From Scyliorhinus canicula (taxonomy: Eukaryota): 64,000 nt of DNA. Every line of letters starts with the position of its first letter. Position 1 is the first letter of the stretch. A program made the position numbers and the translations under genes. The notes under the pieces are model-generated. The model did no database searches. It had not been told where the DNA came from and was given only the letters and a program-made list of their open reading frames with translations. Location of the stretch: NCBI RefSeq assembly GCF_902713615.1, contig NC_052164.1:77413830-77477829 (forward strand), given 5' to 3'. Shown piece by piece: positions 9,746 to 22,650 of this stretch.

Positions 9746-12700
9746 ATAAAGCCTCAGTTGTATCCAACTCAAGTCTTTGTGCAATTGATCGTGCATCAAT
9801 TTATTGCTTTAAGATTTTCAAAAGATGGACCTCCGTATCAAACCGGATCGCCTGCAGCAGGATCCGCATTCAAGCGACGCCAAAATGGACTTTCAACACT
9901 GGCTAGCTTGTTTCGGGGCGTACATCAACTCGGCGCACAGCCCTGTCTCGGAGGCTCAGAAGATACAGATCCTGTAATCAAGGTTGAGCTCCAGCGTCTC
10001 TCCACTTATCCAGAGCGCGCGAACTATGCCGAAGCCATGACGCTTCTCAAAGAGAATTATGCTCAGAAGACAAACACGCTCTTCGCCAGGCACGTACTCG
10101 CCATTCGCTCTCAACTCCCTGGTGAGTCCATCGAAGACTTCTGGCGGGCCCTAATCCCACTCGGCCGGGACTGTGACTGTCAGGCCGTTACGGCCACTGA
10201 GCATTCAAACCTCCTCATGCGGGACGCATTTGTTACGGGGATTGGGTCGGACCTCATACGCCAGCGACTATTAGAAGGGGCCACGCTCGACCTAACAGAG
10301 ACTAAGAAAGTAGCGCTCTCTATGACGGTCACCTCGCGCAACGTTCAGACCTACACCCCCAGCCGCGAGGCCCACCCCTCCTTCGCATTGTGGACCCCAC
10401 AGATGGCCGCCCCAGTGGGGGCCTTACCCAGCCAATACGCCTGCGCCACGCGCCAACCGGTGAACCCCAGGGGTCCCCGATGTTACTTTTGCAGCCAGCG
10501 GAAACACCCCCGCCAATGCTGCCCGGCCCGCGCTGCCCTTTGTAAGGCTTGTGGCAAGAAGGGGCACTTTGCCACAGTGTGCCAGGCCTGTGCAGTCACC
10601 CCTATCGCCCCACCCCCCTCGTTTACGGACAATGGGCGCCGCCATCTTCACCTCCCCAGACCACGCGCGGCCAGTGGGCGCCGCCGTCTTCTCCCCGTCA
10701 GACCACGCGCGGCCAGTGGGTGCTGCCATCTTCTCCCCCTCACACCAAGCGCGCCCATACACGCCTCCATTTTGTCCTCCTCATGATCTTCAGGCGCCGC
10801 CATCTTGTCTCCCCTACGGCACATGGGCATCGCCAGCGTTCCAGGACCTGTGCCCTCCCCCGGCTCACCATCATCCGACACCAGTGATGACCGACCATGA
10901 CTCGCCTCAGTGACCATCGACAAGTCTCGTCCGCACAACCTGGCCACCGCATTGACCAGCGTTAAAATCAACGGACACGTGACCTCTTGCCTGCTGGACT
11001 CCGGGAGCACCGAAAGCTTCATCCACCCGGATACGGTAAGGCGCTGCTCCCTCATGGTGCACCCCGCCAACCAAAAACTCTTCCTGGCCTCCGGATCCCA
11101 TTCCGTGGCGATCCGGGGGTACTGTACAGTCACACTCACGGTCCAGGGCGTAGAATTCAGCGGCTTCCGCCTCTATGTCTTCCCTAACCTCTGCGCTGCC
11201 CTACTATTCGGCCTGGACTTCCAGTGCAACCTCCAGAGCCTAACACTGAAATTCGGCGCGCCCCTACCACCCCTCACTGTGTGCGGCCTCGCGACCCTAA
11301 AGGTCGATCCACCTTCCCTCTTGGCAAATCTAACCTCAGATTGCAAACCCGTCGCCACCAGGAGCAGACGGTACAGCACCCAGGACAGGACCTTCATCAG
11401 GTCTGACGTCCAACGGCTGCTTCGGGAAGGCATCATCGAGGCCAGCAACAGCCCCTGGAGAGCCCAAGTGGTTAAAACTGGGGAGAAACACAGAATGGTC
11501 TTGGACTACAGCCAGACCATCAATTGGTACACGCAGCTCGATGCGTACCCCCTCCCACACACATCAATCAGATTGCACAGTACCGGGTCCTCTCAATGGT
11601 AGACCTCAAATCCGCCTACCACCAGCTCCCCATTCGTAAATCGGACCGTCCATACACTGCCTTTGAGGCAGTCGGACGCCTCTATCACTTCCTCAGTGTT
11701 CCCTTCAGCGTCACCAACGGGGTCTCGGTCTTCCAAAGGGAGATGGACCGAATGGTCGACCGGTACGGTTTGCGGGCCACCTTTCCGTACCTAGACAACG
11801 TCACCATCTGCGGCCATGATCAGCGGGACCACGATGCCAACCTTGCCAAATTTCTCCACACTGCCACTCTCCTAAACCTCACCTACAACAAGGGGAAGTG
11901 CGCGTTTAGCACGACCCGCTTAGCCATCCTCGGCTATGTGGTCCAGAACGGAGTTCTGGGGCCCGATCCCGACCGCATGCGCCCCCTCATGGAGCTCCCC
12001 CTCCCCCACTGCCACAAGGCCCTCAAACGCTGCCTGGGGTTGTTTTCGTACTACGCTCAGTGGGTCCCAAACATGCGGACAAGGCCGCCCACTCATACAG
12101 TCAACCCATTTTCCCCTGACGGCCGAGGCACAACAGGCCTTCGCCCGTATGAGAGCCGATATCGGCAAGGCCAGGATGCACGCAGTAGACGAGATGCTGC
12201 CCTTTCAAGTAGAGAGTGACGCATCAGACATCGTCCTAGCCGCCACACTCAATCAGGCAGGCAGACCCGTGGCATTCTTTTCCCGCACCCTTCATACCTC
12301 AGAAATTCGGCACTCCTCCGTCGAAAAAGAGGCCCAAGCTATCGTTGAAACTGTGCGGCATTGGAGGCATTACCTGGCCGGCAGGAGATTCACTGTCCTG
12401 ACTGACCAAAGGTCGGTAGCCTTCATGTTGAATGACACACAGCGGGACAACATCAATAATGATAAAATCTTGAGGTGGAGGATCGAGCTCTCCACCTACA
12501 ATTACGAGATTTTGTATCGTCCTGGTAAGCTCAACGAGCCCCCAGATGCCCTATCCCGAGGTACATATGCCAGTGCGCAAGTGGACCAACTCCGGACCCT
12601 CCACGACAGCCTTTGTCACCCGGGAGTCACACAGTTGTACCATTTCATAAAAGCCCGCAATCTGCCCTACTCCATCGAGGAAGTACGGACAATCACCAGG

Positions 12701-13994
12701 GACCGCCAGGTCTGTGCGGAGTGCAAGCCGCACTTCTACCAGCCGGACCATGCGCACCTGGTGAAGGCCTCCCGTCCCTTTGAGCGCCTCAGCGCGGATT
12801 TCATGGGCCCCTCCCCTCCACCGACCATAACACGTATTTTCTCAGTGTGGTCGATGAGTACTCCAGATTCCCCTTCGCCATCCCATGCCCCGATATAACG
12901 TCTGCCACCGTCATCAAAGCCCTCAACACGATCTTCGCTCTGTTTGGTTTCCCCGCTTGCATCCACAGTGACAGGGGATCCTCCTTCATGAGTGATGAGC
13001 TGCGTCAGTTCCTGCTCAGCAGGGGTATCGCCTCCAGCAGAACGACAAGCTATAACCCCCGGGCAAACGGACAGGTAGAGAGGGAGAACGGGACGGTATG
13101 GAGGGCCATCCAACTGTCCCTACTGTCCAGGAACCTCCCGTCCTCCCACTGGCAGGAGGTCCTCCCTGATGCACTACACTCCATTCAGTCACTACTGTGC
13201 ACCGCCACTAACAATACACCCCATGAACGTCTTTTTACCTTCCCCAGGAGGTCCACATCCGGGGTGTCGCTCCCGACTTGGCTCGCAGCTCCAGGACCTG
13301 TCCTGCTCCATAGGCACGTCCGACTCCACAAGGCGGACCCGTTGGTGGAGAGGGTGCAATTGCTCCATTCCACGTATGCCTACGTGGCGTACCCCGACGG
13401 CCGCCAGGATACTGTCTCCCTCAGGGACCTGGCACCAGCAGGTTCTACACACACACACACACGCCCCGGCCCGGCGCCACTCTCCCCACCCCGGCGCTCC
13501 CAGCAGCAACACCTCTAGGACCATCCATCCTCCCCCTGCCCACGCCAGAGGATGAAGAGGATTCCGGCACGCTCCCGAAGTCACCGGACATCAGACCAGC
13601 ACCGGCATCGCCGCCACCACTACGTCGCTCCCAGCGGCACATCAAGGCCCTGGACCGGTTAAACCTCTAACAGGTCCACTGGACTTCAAAAGACACTATC
13701 CTTTTCTCTCTATCGAATATTGTAAATGTAAAAACCATTTGTTGTATATAGTTCTCCACCACCCCCGCCGGACTCAATTTTAACAGGGGGTGAATGCGGT
13801 AAACCACTGTTGCACCTCTATTAGAGGATGTATGGTAGGACCTGTACTACAGGTACAGGTAGTCCCTGAGTATTAATATGTGTGTCCTCCATGCTGCAGC
13901 CATTTCGCCTGCTGCTGTGGGAGGCCACACATCTTAGAGCAATAAAGCCTCAGTTGTATCCAACTCAAGTCTTTGTGCAATTGATCGTGCATCA
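9746..13994 (+). mobile_element. Ty3/Gypsy LTR retrotransposon with truncated 5' LTR, frameshifted gag-pol and complete 3' LTR
   Basis: Identical 53 bp at 9746-9798 and 13942-13994 ending TGCATCA. Gag ATG 9825 with CYFC and CKACGKKGHF knuckles; protease LLDSGS; RT YLDNV (FPYLDD-like); RNase H VESDASD; integrase H..CHPG...C..C, DRGSSF, PRANGQVER. PPT aacaggggg at 13782-13790. Confidence 0.95.
13795..13994 (+). repeat. 3' LTR, about 200 bp (TG...CA), with TATA-like tattaata 13871, Inr-like ccatttc about 13900 and AATAAA 13941-13946
   Basis: Follows the PPT; its 3' 53 bp match the 5' remnant. Confidence 0.85.
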
Positions 13995-14151
13995 AAAAGG
14001 GCACCTAAAATCCAGCAAGTGGCCTTCCAGACCCCTACCCATCTTCCCCAGACCTACATAAAATGTCATGCAAGAACGGGATGCTATTTTATTGAGGCCT
14101 TCAAATGACGAATTAATGGTCCTTGGGTCCATATGAGGCATTCCCCCGCTA

Positions 14152-14357
14152 TCCAAAGATGTGCGGGTTAGGTGGATTGGCCATGCTAAATTGCCCGTAG
14201 TGTCCTAATAAAAGTAAGGTTAGGGGGGGGGGGGGGGGGGGGGGTTGTTGGGTTACGGGTATAGGGTGGATACGTGGGTTTGAGTAGGGTGATCATGGCT
14301 CGGCACAACATTGAGGGCCGAAGGGCCTGTTCTGTGCTGTACTGTTCTATGTTCTAC
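14152..14357 (+). mobile_element. 3' half of HE1-like SINE with CR1-derived (TTCTATG)n tail
   Basis: ggttaggtggattggccatgctaaattgccc core shared with the other SINE copies; ttctatgttcta tail. Confidence 0.85.
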
Positions 14358-15420
14358 CCTCAACAAGGTAAACCTTGCCTTTAACCTTACCTTCAGCCTC
14401 TTGAACCTGTCTGCATCACCCCCACTCCATCAGATTCCTCACCAAGGCCCCTGATCACATACCTATCTGAGCTGCTCAGCATTTGGGATTACTTGTAGTT
14501 CCAACAGTGGCATCTCACTAAGGTGGGACTTTAAGTCCAGAAAGAGGTGGAAGTTTCACATTAAAAGATTCACCCATCTCCGTCCTTTTAGCTGGGGGCA
14601 CAGCGCCTTGTAAAATCGGGCCTATGGTCTGAATTTTTCAGATGGCAAGGTCTCACATCCTACCATCCAAATAATCAGCGGAGAATACATCTCCACTGGG
14701 TCTGAGTGCTCCACAGCCATTTCATGCACGAATGGCTGCAGGCAGAATGAGCTGGCAGTCTTCAGCTTCTGCAGCAAGAGCGCTGCAGTGGACAGAACAG
14801 GAAATGCAGGAGAATGAAGTACTGGAGGCTAAGAGAAGTTCAAGAGATCTTAAGACAGGGGAGGATAGAGAAGTCCTGGGGGAGTGCACAGGGGGCATTG
14901 GAGGAGAGGCTGGTGGGGGAGGGTGGTTCAGAGGCCATCAGACTTTAATGCCAGACTTCAGAAAGTGTCTTCTGATGGAGGACACAACCTGCCCCTGTCC
15001 CCTCCCTGCCCAACCCCCTTCTCGCCTGGGATCTAACTCTTCTTTTTTGGGCTATACTCATGGACGTTTAAACCTCTCGCCAGCCTACAAATTGAGGCTG
15101 GCCAGGAAATGGCAAACAAAATCTTCAATTGGGGTAAGGGCGAGCCTCCCGTCCAAGGCCTTGTCCACCCCGACATAAAATCACTGTGTGTTCGGAGTGG
15201 GTGGAAAACTGAAGGGAATCCCACCCATTTGATTTAATGACCCCTCCCCACCCCCCCCACCTTAAAACCTGCCTGATGTGAGAGAGACAAAAATCAGTCC
15301 TATGTTAATTTTCAAGAACAAAATTGTCTAACATCGAGGAATATTATAGGAGGGTATTGAACTGCAAACTTCTCAGCAATGTACAGAATTAACTAGTCTT
15401 AATATTTTTGACACACTCAC

Positions 15421-15482
15421 CAGCATAAGATTAATATCAACTTCTAATAAGTAGAACACAACTTGTAGTATTTGACTGTAAT
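15421..15482 (-). other. Speculative next (transmembrane-region) exon of the Ig gene
   Basis: gaacag| acceptor and strong GTGAGT donor. Reads NYSQILQVVFYLLEVDINLML, or ...FYLL-KLILILC after a 1-nt shift. Confidence 0.2.
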
Positions 15483-16107
15483 CTGTTCAAACTGTTGTAG
15501 TAACCTCAGAAGCTAACTGTCCATTAACATCGACTCAAGTACCTTGTATACTTCAAATGTTTCATTTGGCTAATTTCATTTCAAATGTGGCTAATTATAT
15601 TCTCATATGTACCCTAATAATGAAACATTCATTGATGACTTTCTCTTTGAGGTTAAATCTGTCTTTCAGCAATCTACTGGTCCTTTGATGGATGGTTGGT
15701 CGCATTAATATCAAGAATATTAATATTCTTCAGACTGGGGGTTGGTGTTAGATGGTTCAAGTGAGGAAAATCTAAGTATTTACTAGCCCTCTAAACCTTG
15801 ATGAAAATTCCCCAGAAAATTTTGTGATGTGGAATTAAGCAAAAATGTAAAGTGTTCATTTGGCCCTTTTCTTAGGCACTACACTTTGCATGGCCTTATT
15901 GATCATCGGGTTACTTTACTTAAAGAGCTGTATTCCAGGGAATCAAATAATCTTGTTTTGACAGGTGAATAGGCATTGGACAGTGAATAGGCATTAGAAA
16001 GTTAAAGGTGATGAGTTCATGTTTGACATTTATAATAAATTACTCTTGCTGCAGTTTGTTCTACACCAAGAATTCATAAAAGAAAAGTCTTTCCCTTTGG
16101 CACTTAC

Positions 16108-16431
16108 TTCCGAAATCAGATGTCAAGGATATCTTTACAGCAGATTCCTTTGAGTCATATGCATTGTGTGCTCTGCAGATATAGTCTCCACTGTCTGAAT
16201 GATCAACATTCATTTTCTTCAGGATCAAACTGCTGACTCCAGCAACCAGTTGTATGCCCCCGTGTCTTGCCCAGTATTTCTTCAACCAGATAACAGTGGG
16301 TGCTGGGTTACTATCCGCTGTACAGTTTAGTTCAAGAAACGACTGGTGCTCAGCATAAATGAAGTTTTTGAGCAGTGGAAGGAACACATCTGAGTCAGAA
16401 GTCCTGTAATGTATGACGAGCTCGGGACCAT
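16108..16431 (-). CDS. IgSF receptor exon: C2/I-set Ig domain (membrane-proximal)
   Basis: Acceptor ttccattgtcctgattcag|AT and donor A|GTAAGT; 324 nt, phase 1-1. (Y)GPELV...LELNCTADSNPAPTVIWLK...SLIL...DSGDYICRAHN; in frame with the C1 exon. Confidence 0.9.
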
Positions 16432-17756
16432 CTGAATCAGGACAATGGAAATGGAGAGTAATTAGTCATACAGACAGATTCATTAACCTGCTCAGGGACA
16501 AGTCAAAACCCACTGCAATTAAAAACCATAAGGTACAGTCTTTTAGTGTGAGTGTACATATCGGATTGTAATATTTATCCAAGCCCACAAAACTGTTTTC
16601 AAAAAATTACATAATTGTTCCCCTTAATTAAACTTCTGGAATGATTGATTGGGTTGAATGGAATTTTAATCACATTCATTTGATGTGTATTCTTAAACAA
16701 AAGAGTGGCTAACAACCACTCTTCGGCTGATCGTACTTTCAAACCAGTCAATTGAAAACGTGAAAGAATAATAAAGATTGGCTTCGGCCTGATTTTCGCG
16801 AGCTGGGTGTCTGGGGAGCCCTTTTAAAATGGCAGCCGGGTCCCAGTTCTGGGATTCCTGACCCCATTTCGGGGGCTTCTAATTTTCAACTTGGCCTTTA
16901 AATGGTGCGGCTGGTTCAGGTCAAAGGTCGCCACCCTAAACTCCTGACCTAGCTGGCTCCAATGCAGGGATAGATCCTTGTGGAGTCGAGTCAGGTTTTC
17001 AAAGAGTCGTGGTTGAAACAACCCCAGTACCCCCTCATGCATCCCATGCCAATCTCTGGCACTTCCATGTCCATTCACCCACAAAATGCTGTATAAAAGC
17101 AATTAACCCTTTAGTGATAGTGGGATGTGTAAAATCTGTTTAAAGGAATGTTCATTTATTGATAACTTCTGACTTTCTTAAAAACCTTCTTTAACTGCAG
17201 GGCAATTAAAGTTTCAAACATCCAGCCCCTTTAACGTTTCAGTACTTGAAACTGCAAGCACCTGAAATTTCTTACTATTGAGTAAATAAACATTGTAAAA
17301 TTAAAAGTGGAGTACAGAGCACCGGAGCTATAAATCAAGCAATATTTTCCTGGTGTTCAGGTGTTTTAGTACTCTGATGGATGTCATATGCAATGAGACA
17401 TGGCTGAGAGCCCAAAAATCCATTAGCCCTTTTTAAACACCTGAATCCCAGAGAAAACATTGCTTGATTAATGAAGATGCTGTCTGACCCATTGAGATTT
17501 TCTAGCATTTTCTGTTTTTATTTCAGATTCTGGCCTCTGTAGTAATTTTCTTTTAGCTTAATTGATGGTTCTAGCTGTCTGATCTCTGCTGTCAATTTCA
17601 CAATGTTTTCTTACTCGATATTAAGCGACTGCAATTGAAACCTTAAAGGACCTATATTAAAACTTTTATTAAGAAAGTGGAAAGTTATTCATGAATGACT
17701 ATAATTTTTAAAGCTATTTTTACACATTCTATTGTTGCTGTAGGATCCAGTTCGCC

Positions 17757-17930
17757 TGAAATGAAATGAAATGAAATCGCTTATTGTCTCAAGTAGGCTT
17801 CAAATGAAGTTACTGTGAAAAGTCCCTAGTCGCCACATTCTGGCACCTGTTCAAGAGGCTGGTACGGGAATTGAACCCTCGCTGCTGACCTGCTTTAAAA
17901 GCCAGCTTTTTAGTCCTGTGTTAAACCAGC
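17757..17930 (-). mobile_element. Short SINE with (ATTTC)n tail; same family as 24985-25175
   Basis: Reverse-complement similarity to 24985-25175 (ggttcaattcc.gtaccagcctc...gcttttcacagtaacttcatt). Confidence 0.75.
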
Positions 17931-18211
17931 CTCCTACACAATATCGTGGCTGAATGGGCATCTAAATACCATAGGAGGGTATGGGGAACATGAGGCGCCA
18001 TAGCAGTTCTTTGGGGACATTAGATTGGGGACATAAGCGGTCATAGGGGTTGTGCGAGGGCATACCTTGTCATGGAACATGAGGAGCCATTGGAGTGGTT
18101 AGGGGCATGAAGTGACATGAATGGGACATGGGGAGTTTGCAGGATTTTAGTGGTGAGGGCTGGAGAACCTTCTGTTTGTACTTAAACTGGGATAAAGTCC
18201 CACAGCACTTA

Positions 18212-18785
18212 GGGCGCGATTCTCCCAACGAGAGACTGAGTGCCGACGCCGGACTGAGTGTCGACGCAGCCGGCGGCGCCGAAGTGACGTCAGCCGCGCA
18301 TGCGCAGTTTGGCCGGCTACAACCCACGCATGCGTGGTTGCCGTCTTCCCCTCCGCTGCCCCGCAAGACATGGCGGCTTGATCTTGCTGGGTGGCGGAGG
18401 GAAAAGAGTGCGTCATTTACAGACGCCGGCCCGATGATAGGTGGGCACCGATCGCGGGCCAGACATCTGCTGAGCACGCCCGTGGTGCTCGATCCTCCCT
18501 CCGCCCCCCCACAGGCCCCACACTCACCTGTCGCACGCTGTTCATGCCGGCAGCGACCAGGTGTGGTTGGCGCCGGCGTGAACCAGTCGGGTTTGGCAGG
18601 CCGCTCGGCCCATCCGAGCTGGAGAATCGCCGGTGAGAAACGGCGAGCGGCAATTCTCCGAGCGGCCTGTCTAAAAACGTGACACGCCATTTTTGGGGGG
18701 GGGGTGGGAGAATCGGCAGCTATTTAGATTCGCCCAGCCCTGCCGCGATTCTCCCACCCGGCGTGGGGTGCGGAGAATTGCACCC
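18212..18785. mobile_element. Harbinger-type MITE, TSD TTA
   Basis: gggcgcgattctcc...ggagaattgcaccc; tta on both sides. Confidence 0.88.
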
Positions 18786-19562
18786 TTAGTATTTTAAACC
18801 CAAGCCCATCGCCACATCCAGCAGTCCCTGTGGTTGCCTCCAAACATTTTCAAGGTCGGTTGGCGGACTCCAACACTAAGTTGGCTGGACTTCCCCATAA
18901 CCTACAAAGAAAATCTGCCTTTGTTGGCTGTCTTAGAGGAAGGTTGACAGATCAAGCCAGGAATTTTTCTGATTCCCATTCCTCAATGATGGAAATCCAG
19001 ACCCTCTGAAACTTCCCTCCCTTCCTTCTTGGAGGAGTAATTTAGCTGATTATGTCGTTTCAGTCAGAAACAACACAAAAACGACATCCTGCGCTCTAAT
19101 CCAGAAAATTGGTTGCTCTTTGAAACTATATTTTGTGAATAGAAATAAGCACCAAAATCATTTTTTTGGGAGATAAATCTTACCTTCGCATGGTTTCCCT
19201 CAACCAATATGTCTTCAAGGGCCACATCAAATAGATTCTTGTGATCATTTATGTTAAAAATCGTAAGTCTTTCCAGGCATTTTCTTACATAAATTTAGAT
19301 CCTGAAGTTAAAAATGTCTCCTGATTTTCCTTTTAATCCCTATCTTCCTAATTTTTAACTTGGATCCCTTGCTTTTAGAACCATTCACTACAGCATGCGT
19401 AGATTAGATTAATAATTTTCATTAACAAATTCGGAAGTATTATACCATCTTACCGCAGAGAAGGGCGGAGGCCATTTGGTCTATACGACCTGTGCAAGTT
19501 TGCAGAAATTGCTGTCCAACTCCCACGGATCAGCTATTTTCCCTGTAGTCCTACAAATTACT

Positions 19563-21835
19563 CCTCTTCGAGTATATTGCAAGCCCAATTAAAAAATAGC
19601 ACTCCTATGTCAGTTATAGCATAGCCAGATTCCGAGTCTAATTCAAGGCTAGAATTATAGCTGGGGGAAAGGCAATTATGATGCTATTCGGCAAGATTTA
19701 GGATGTATAGGATGGGGAAGGAAACTGCAGGGGATGGGTACAATCGAAATGTGGAGCTTTTTCAAGGAACAGCTACTGCGTGTCCTTGATAAGTATGTAC
19801 CTGTCAGGCAGGGAGGAAGTTGTCGAGCAAGGGAACCGTGGTTTACTAAGGAAGTTGAAGCACTTGTCAAGAGGAAGAAGAAGGCTTATGTTAGGATGAG
19901 ACATGAAGTCTCAGTTAGGGCACTTGAGAGTTACAAGTTAGCCAGGAAGGACCTAAAGGGAGAGTTAAGAAGAGTGAGGAGAGGACACGAAAAATCGTTG
20001 GCGGATAGGATCAAGGAAAACCCTCAGGCTTTCTATAGGTATATCAGGAACAAAAGAATGACTAGAGTAAGATTAGAGCCAATCAAGGATAGTAGTGGAA
20101 AGTTGTGTGTGGAATCAGAGGAGATAGGGGAAGCGTTAAATGGATATTTTTCGTCAGTCTTTACATTGGAGAAAGACAATGTTGTCGAGGAGAACACACA
20201 GGTTCAGTCGACCAGGCTAGATGGAATTGAGGTTCAAAAGGAGGAGGTGTTAGCAATTTTGGAAAATGTCAAAATAGATAAGTCCCCTGGGCCAGATGGG
20301 ATTTATCCTAGGATTCTCTGGGAAGCCAGGGAGGAGATTGCAGAGCCTTTGTCCTTGATCTTTATGTCGTCTTTGTCGACAGGAATAGTGCCGGAAGACT
20401 GGAGGATAGCAAATGTTGTCCCCTTGTTCAAGAAGGGGAGTAGAGACAACCCTGGTAATTATAGACCTGTGAGCCTTACTTCGGTTGTGGGTAAAATGTT
20501 GGAAAAGGTTATAAGAGATAGGGTTTATAATCATCTTGAAAAGAACAAGTTGATTAGCGATAGTCAACACGGTTTTGTGAAGGGTAGGTCATGCCTCACA
20601 AACCTTATTGAGTTTTTTGAGAAGGTGACCAAACAGGTGGATGAGGGTAAAGCGGTTGATGTGGTGTATATGGATTTCAGTAAGGCGTTTGATAAGGTTC
20701 CCCACGGTAGGCTATTGCAGAAAATAAGGAAGTATGGGATTGAAGGTGATTTAGCGGTTTGGATCAGTAATTGGCTAGCTGAAAGAAGACAGAGGGTGGT
20801 GGTTGATGGCAAATGTTCATTCTGGAGTTCAGTTACTAGTGGTGTACCGCAAGGATCTGTTTTGGGGCCACTGCTGTTTGTCATTTTTATAAATGACCTG
20901 GAAGAGGGTGTAGAAGGATGGGTTAGTAAATTTGCAGATGACACGAAGGTCGGTGGAGTTGTGAATAGTGCTGAAGGATGTTATAGGATACAGAGGGACA
21001 TGGATAAGCTGCAGAGCTGGGCTGAGAGGTGGCAGATGGAGTTTAATGCGGAAAAGTGTGAGGTGGTTCACTTTGGAAGGAGTAACAGGAATGCACAGTA
21101 CTGGGCTAATGGCAAGATTCTTGGTAGTGTAGATGAACAGAGAGATCTCGGCATCCAGGTACATAAATCCCTGAAAGTTGCCACCCAGGTTAATAGGGCT
21201 GTTAAGAAGACATATGGTGTGCTAGCCTTTATCAGCAGGGGGATTGAGTTTCGGAGCCACAAGGTCATGCTGCAGCTGTACATAACTCTGGTGCGGCCGC
21301 ACCTGGAGTACTGCGTGCAGTTCTGGTCACCACATTATAGGAAGGATGTGGAAGCTTTGGAAAGGGTTCAGAGGAGATTTACTAGGATGTTGCCTGGTAT
21401 GGAGGGAAGGTCTTACGAGGAAAGGCTCAGGGACTTGAGGTTGTTTTCGTTAGAGAGGAGAAGGCTGAGAGGTGACTTAATAGAGACATATAAGATAGTC
21501 AGAGGGTTAGATAGGGTGGACAGTGAGAGTCTTTTTCCTCGGATGGTGATGACCAACACGAGGGGACATAGCTTTAAATTGAGGGGTGATAGATATAGGA
21601 CAGATGTCAGAGGCAGTTTCTTTACTTAGAGAGTAGTAGGGGTGTGGAACGCCCTGCCTGCAACAGTAGTAGACTCGCCAACTTTAAGGGCATTTAAGCG
21701 GTCACTGGATAGACATATGGATGAAAATGGAATAGTGTAGGTCAGATAGGCTTCAGATGGTTTCACAGGTCGGCGCAACATCGAGGGCCGAAGGGTCCGT
21801 ACTGCGCTGTAGTGTTCTATGTTCTATGTTCTCTG
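19563..21835 (+). mobile_element. 5'-truncated CR1 LINE with nearly intact RT (ORF 19734-21629)
   Basis: PGPDG, YRPVSLTS, QHGF, DFSKAFDKV, GVPQGSVLGP, FADD; (TTCTATG)n 3' tail; only one premature stop, FFT*RVV near the end. Confidence 0.96.
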
Positions 21836-21904
21836 TCTTTAATAGTCAACCCCTGATATTGAAATAGCAAACCCAAGTTCTTTCAAATGATATGCTTTTA
21901 AACA

Positions 21905-22330
21905 TACAAACATTTGAATTAAGAGCAGGTGTAGGCTACTCGGCCCTTCAAACCTGGTCCACTATTCAATAAGATCATGGCTGATCTGATTGTAACCTCA
22001 ACTCCACATTTCACCTACCCCCGATGACCTTTCACCCCCTTGCTTATCAACAGTCTACCTCCCTCTGCCTTAAAAATACTCCGCCTCAAGCACCTTTTAA
22101 GTAAGAGAATTCCAAACCCTCACAACCCTCTGAGAGGATGACATTTTCCTAATCTCTGACCGAAATGGGCCACCTTCATTTTTAAACTGTGGCCCTGATA
22201 GATTCTCCCACAAGAGGAACCATCCTCTGTACATCGACCCCTATCAAGACTCCTCAGGATCTTATATGTTTCAATCAAGTTGCCCCTTGATCTTCTAAAT
22301 GCCACTGGATATAGCTCAGCCTGTCCAACC
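21905..22330 (-). mobile_element. CR1 3'-end fragment
   Basis: ORF 22120..22305 (RRSRGNLIETYKIL) is homologous to the end of the CR1 RT at 21470. Confidence 0.8.
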
Positions 22331-22650
22331 TTTCCCTATAAGACAATCTGCCCAACAGCAAATTAGAAATTCCATTTCAGGAAAAGTTTCATTGAGATTG
22401 TTGAGTTTACTAAGACTATTATATCCAGAACACCTGCCTGACAAGGTGGATGTGCAAAGGATGTCTCCCGTTTTGGGAGAATCTAGAACTAGGGGTGGCT
22501 AGTTAAAGATAAGTCGACTATTTAAGACAGAGATGGTTGACCATTTAAGACTGGCAGCTGGGCCATTTCAGAATTACATTTTGAATCAGCTACAAATTAA
22601 TCAAATTAAAACAAATGGCAATCAAAAACACTTGAGTTTCACAAACTTAC

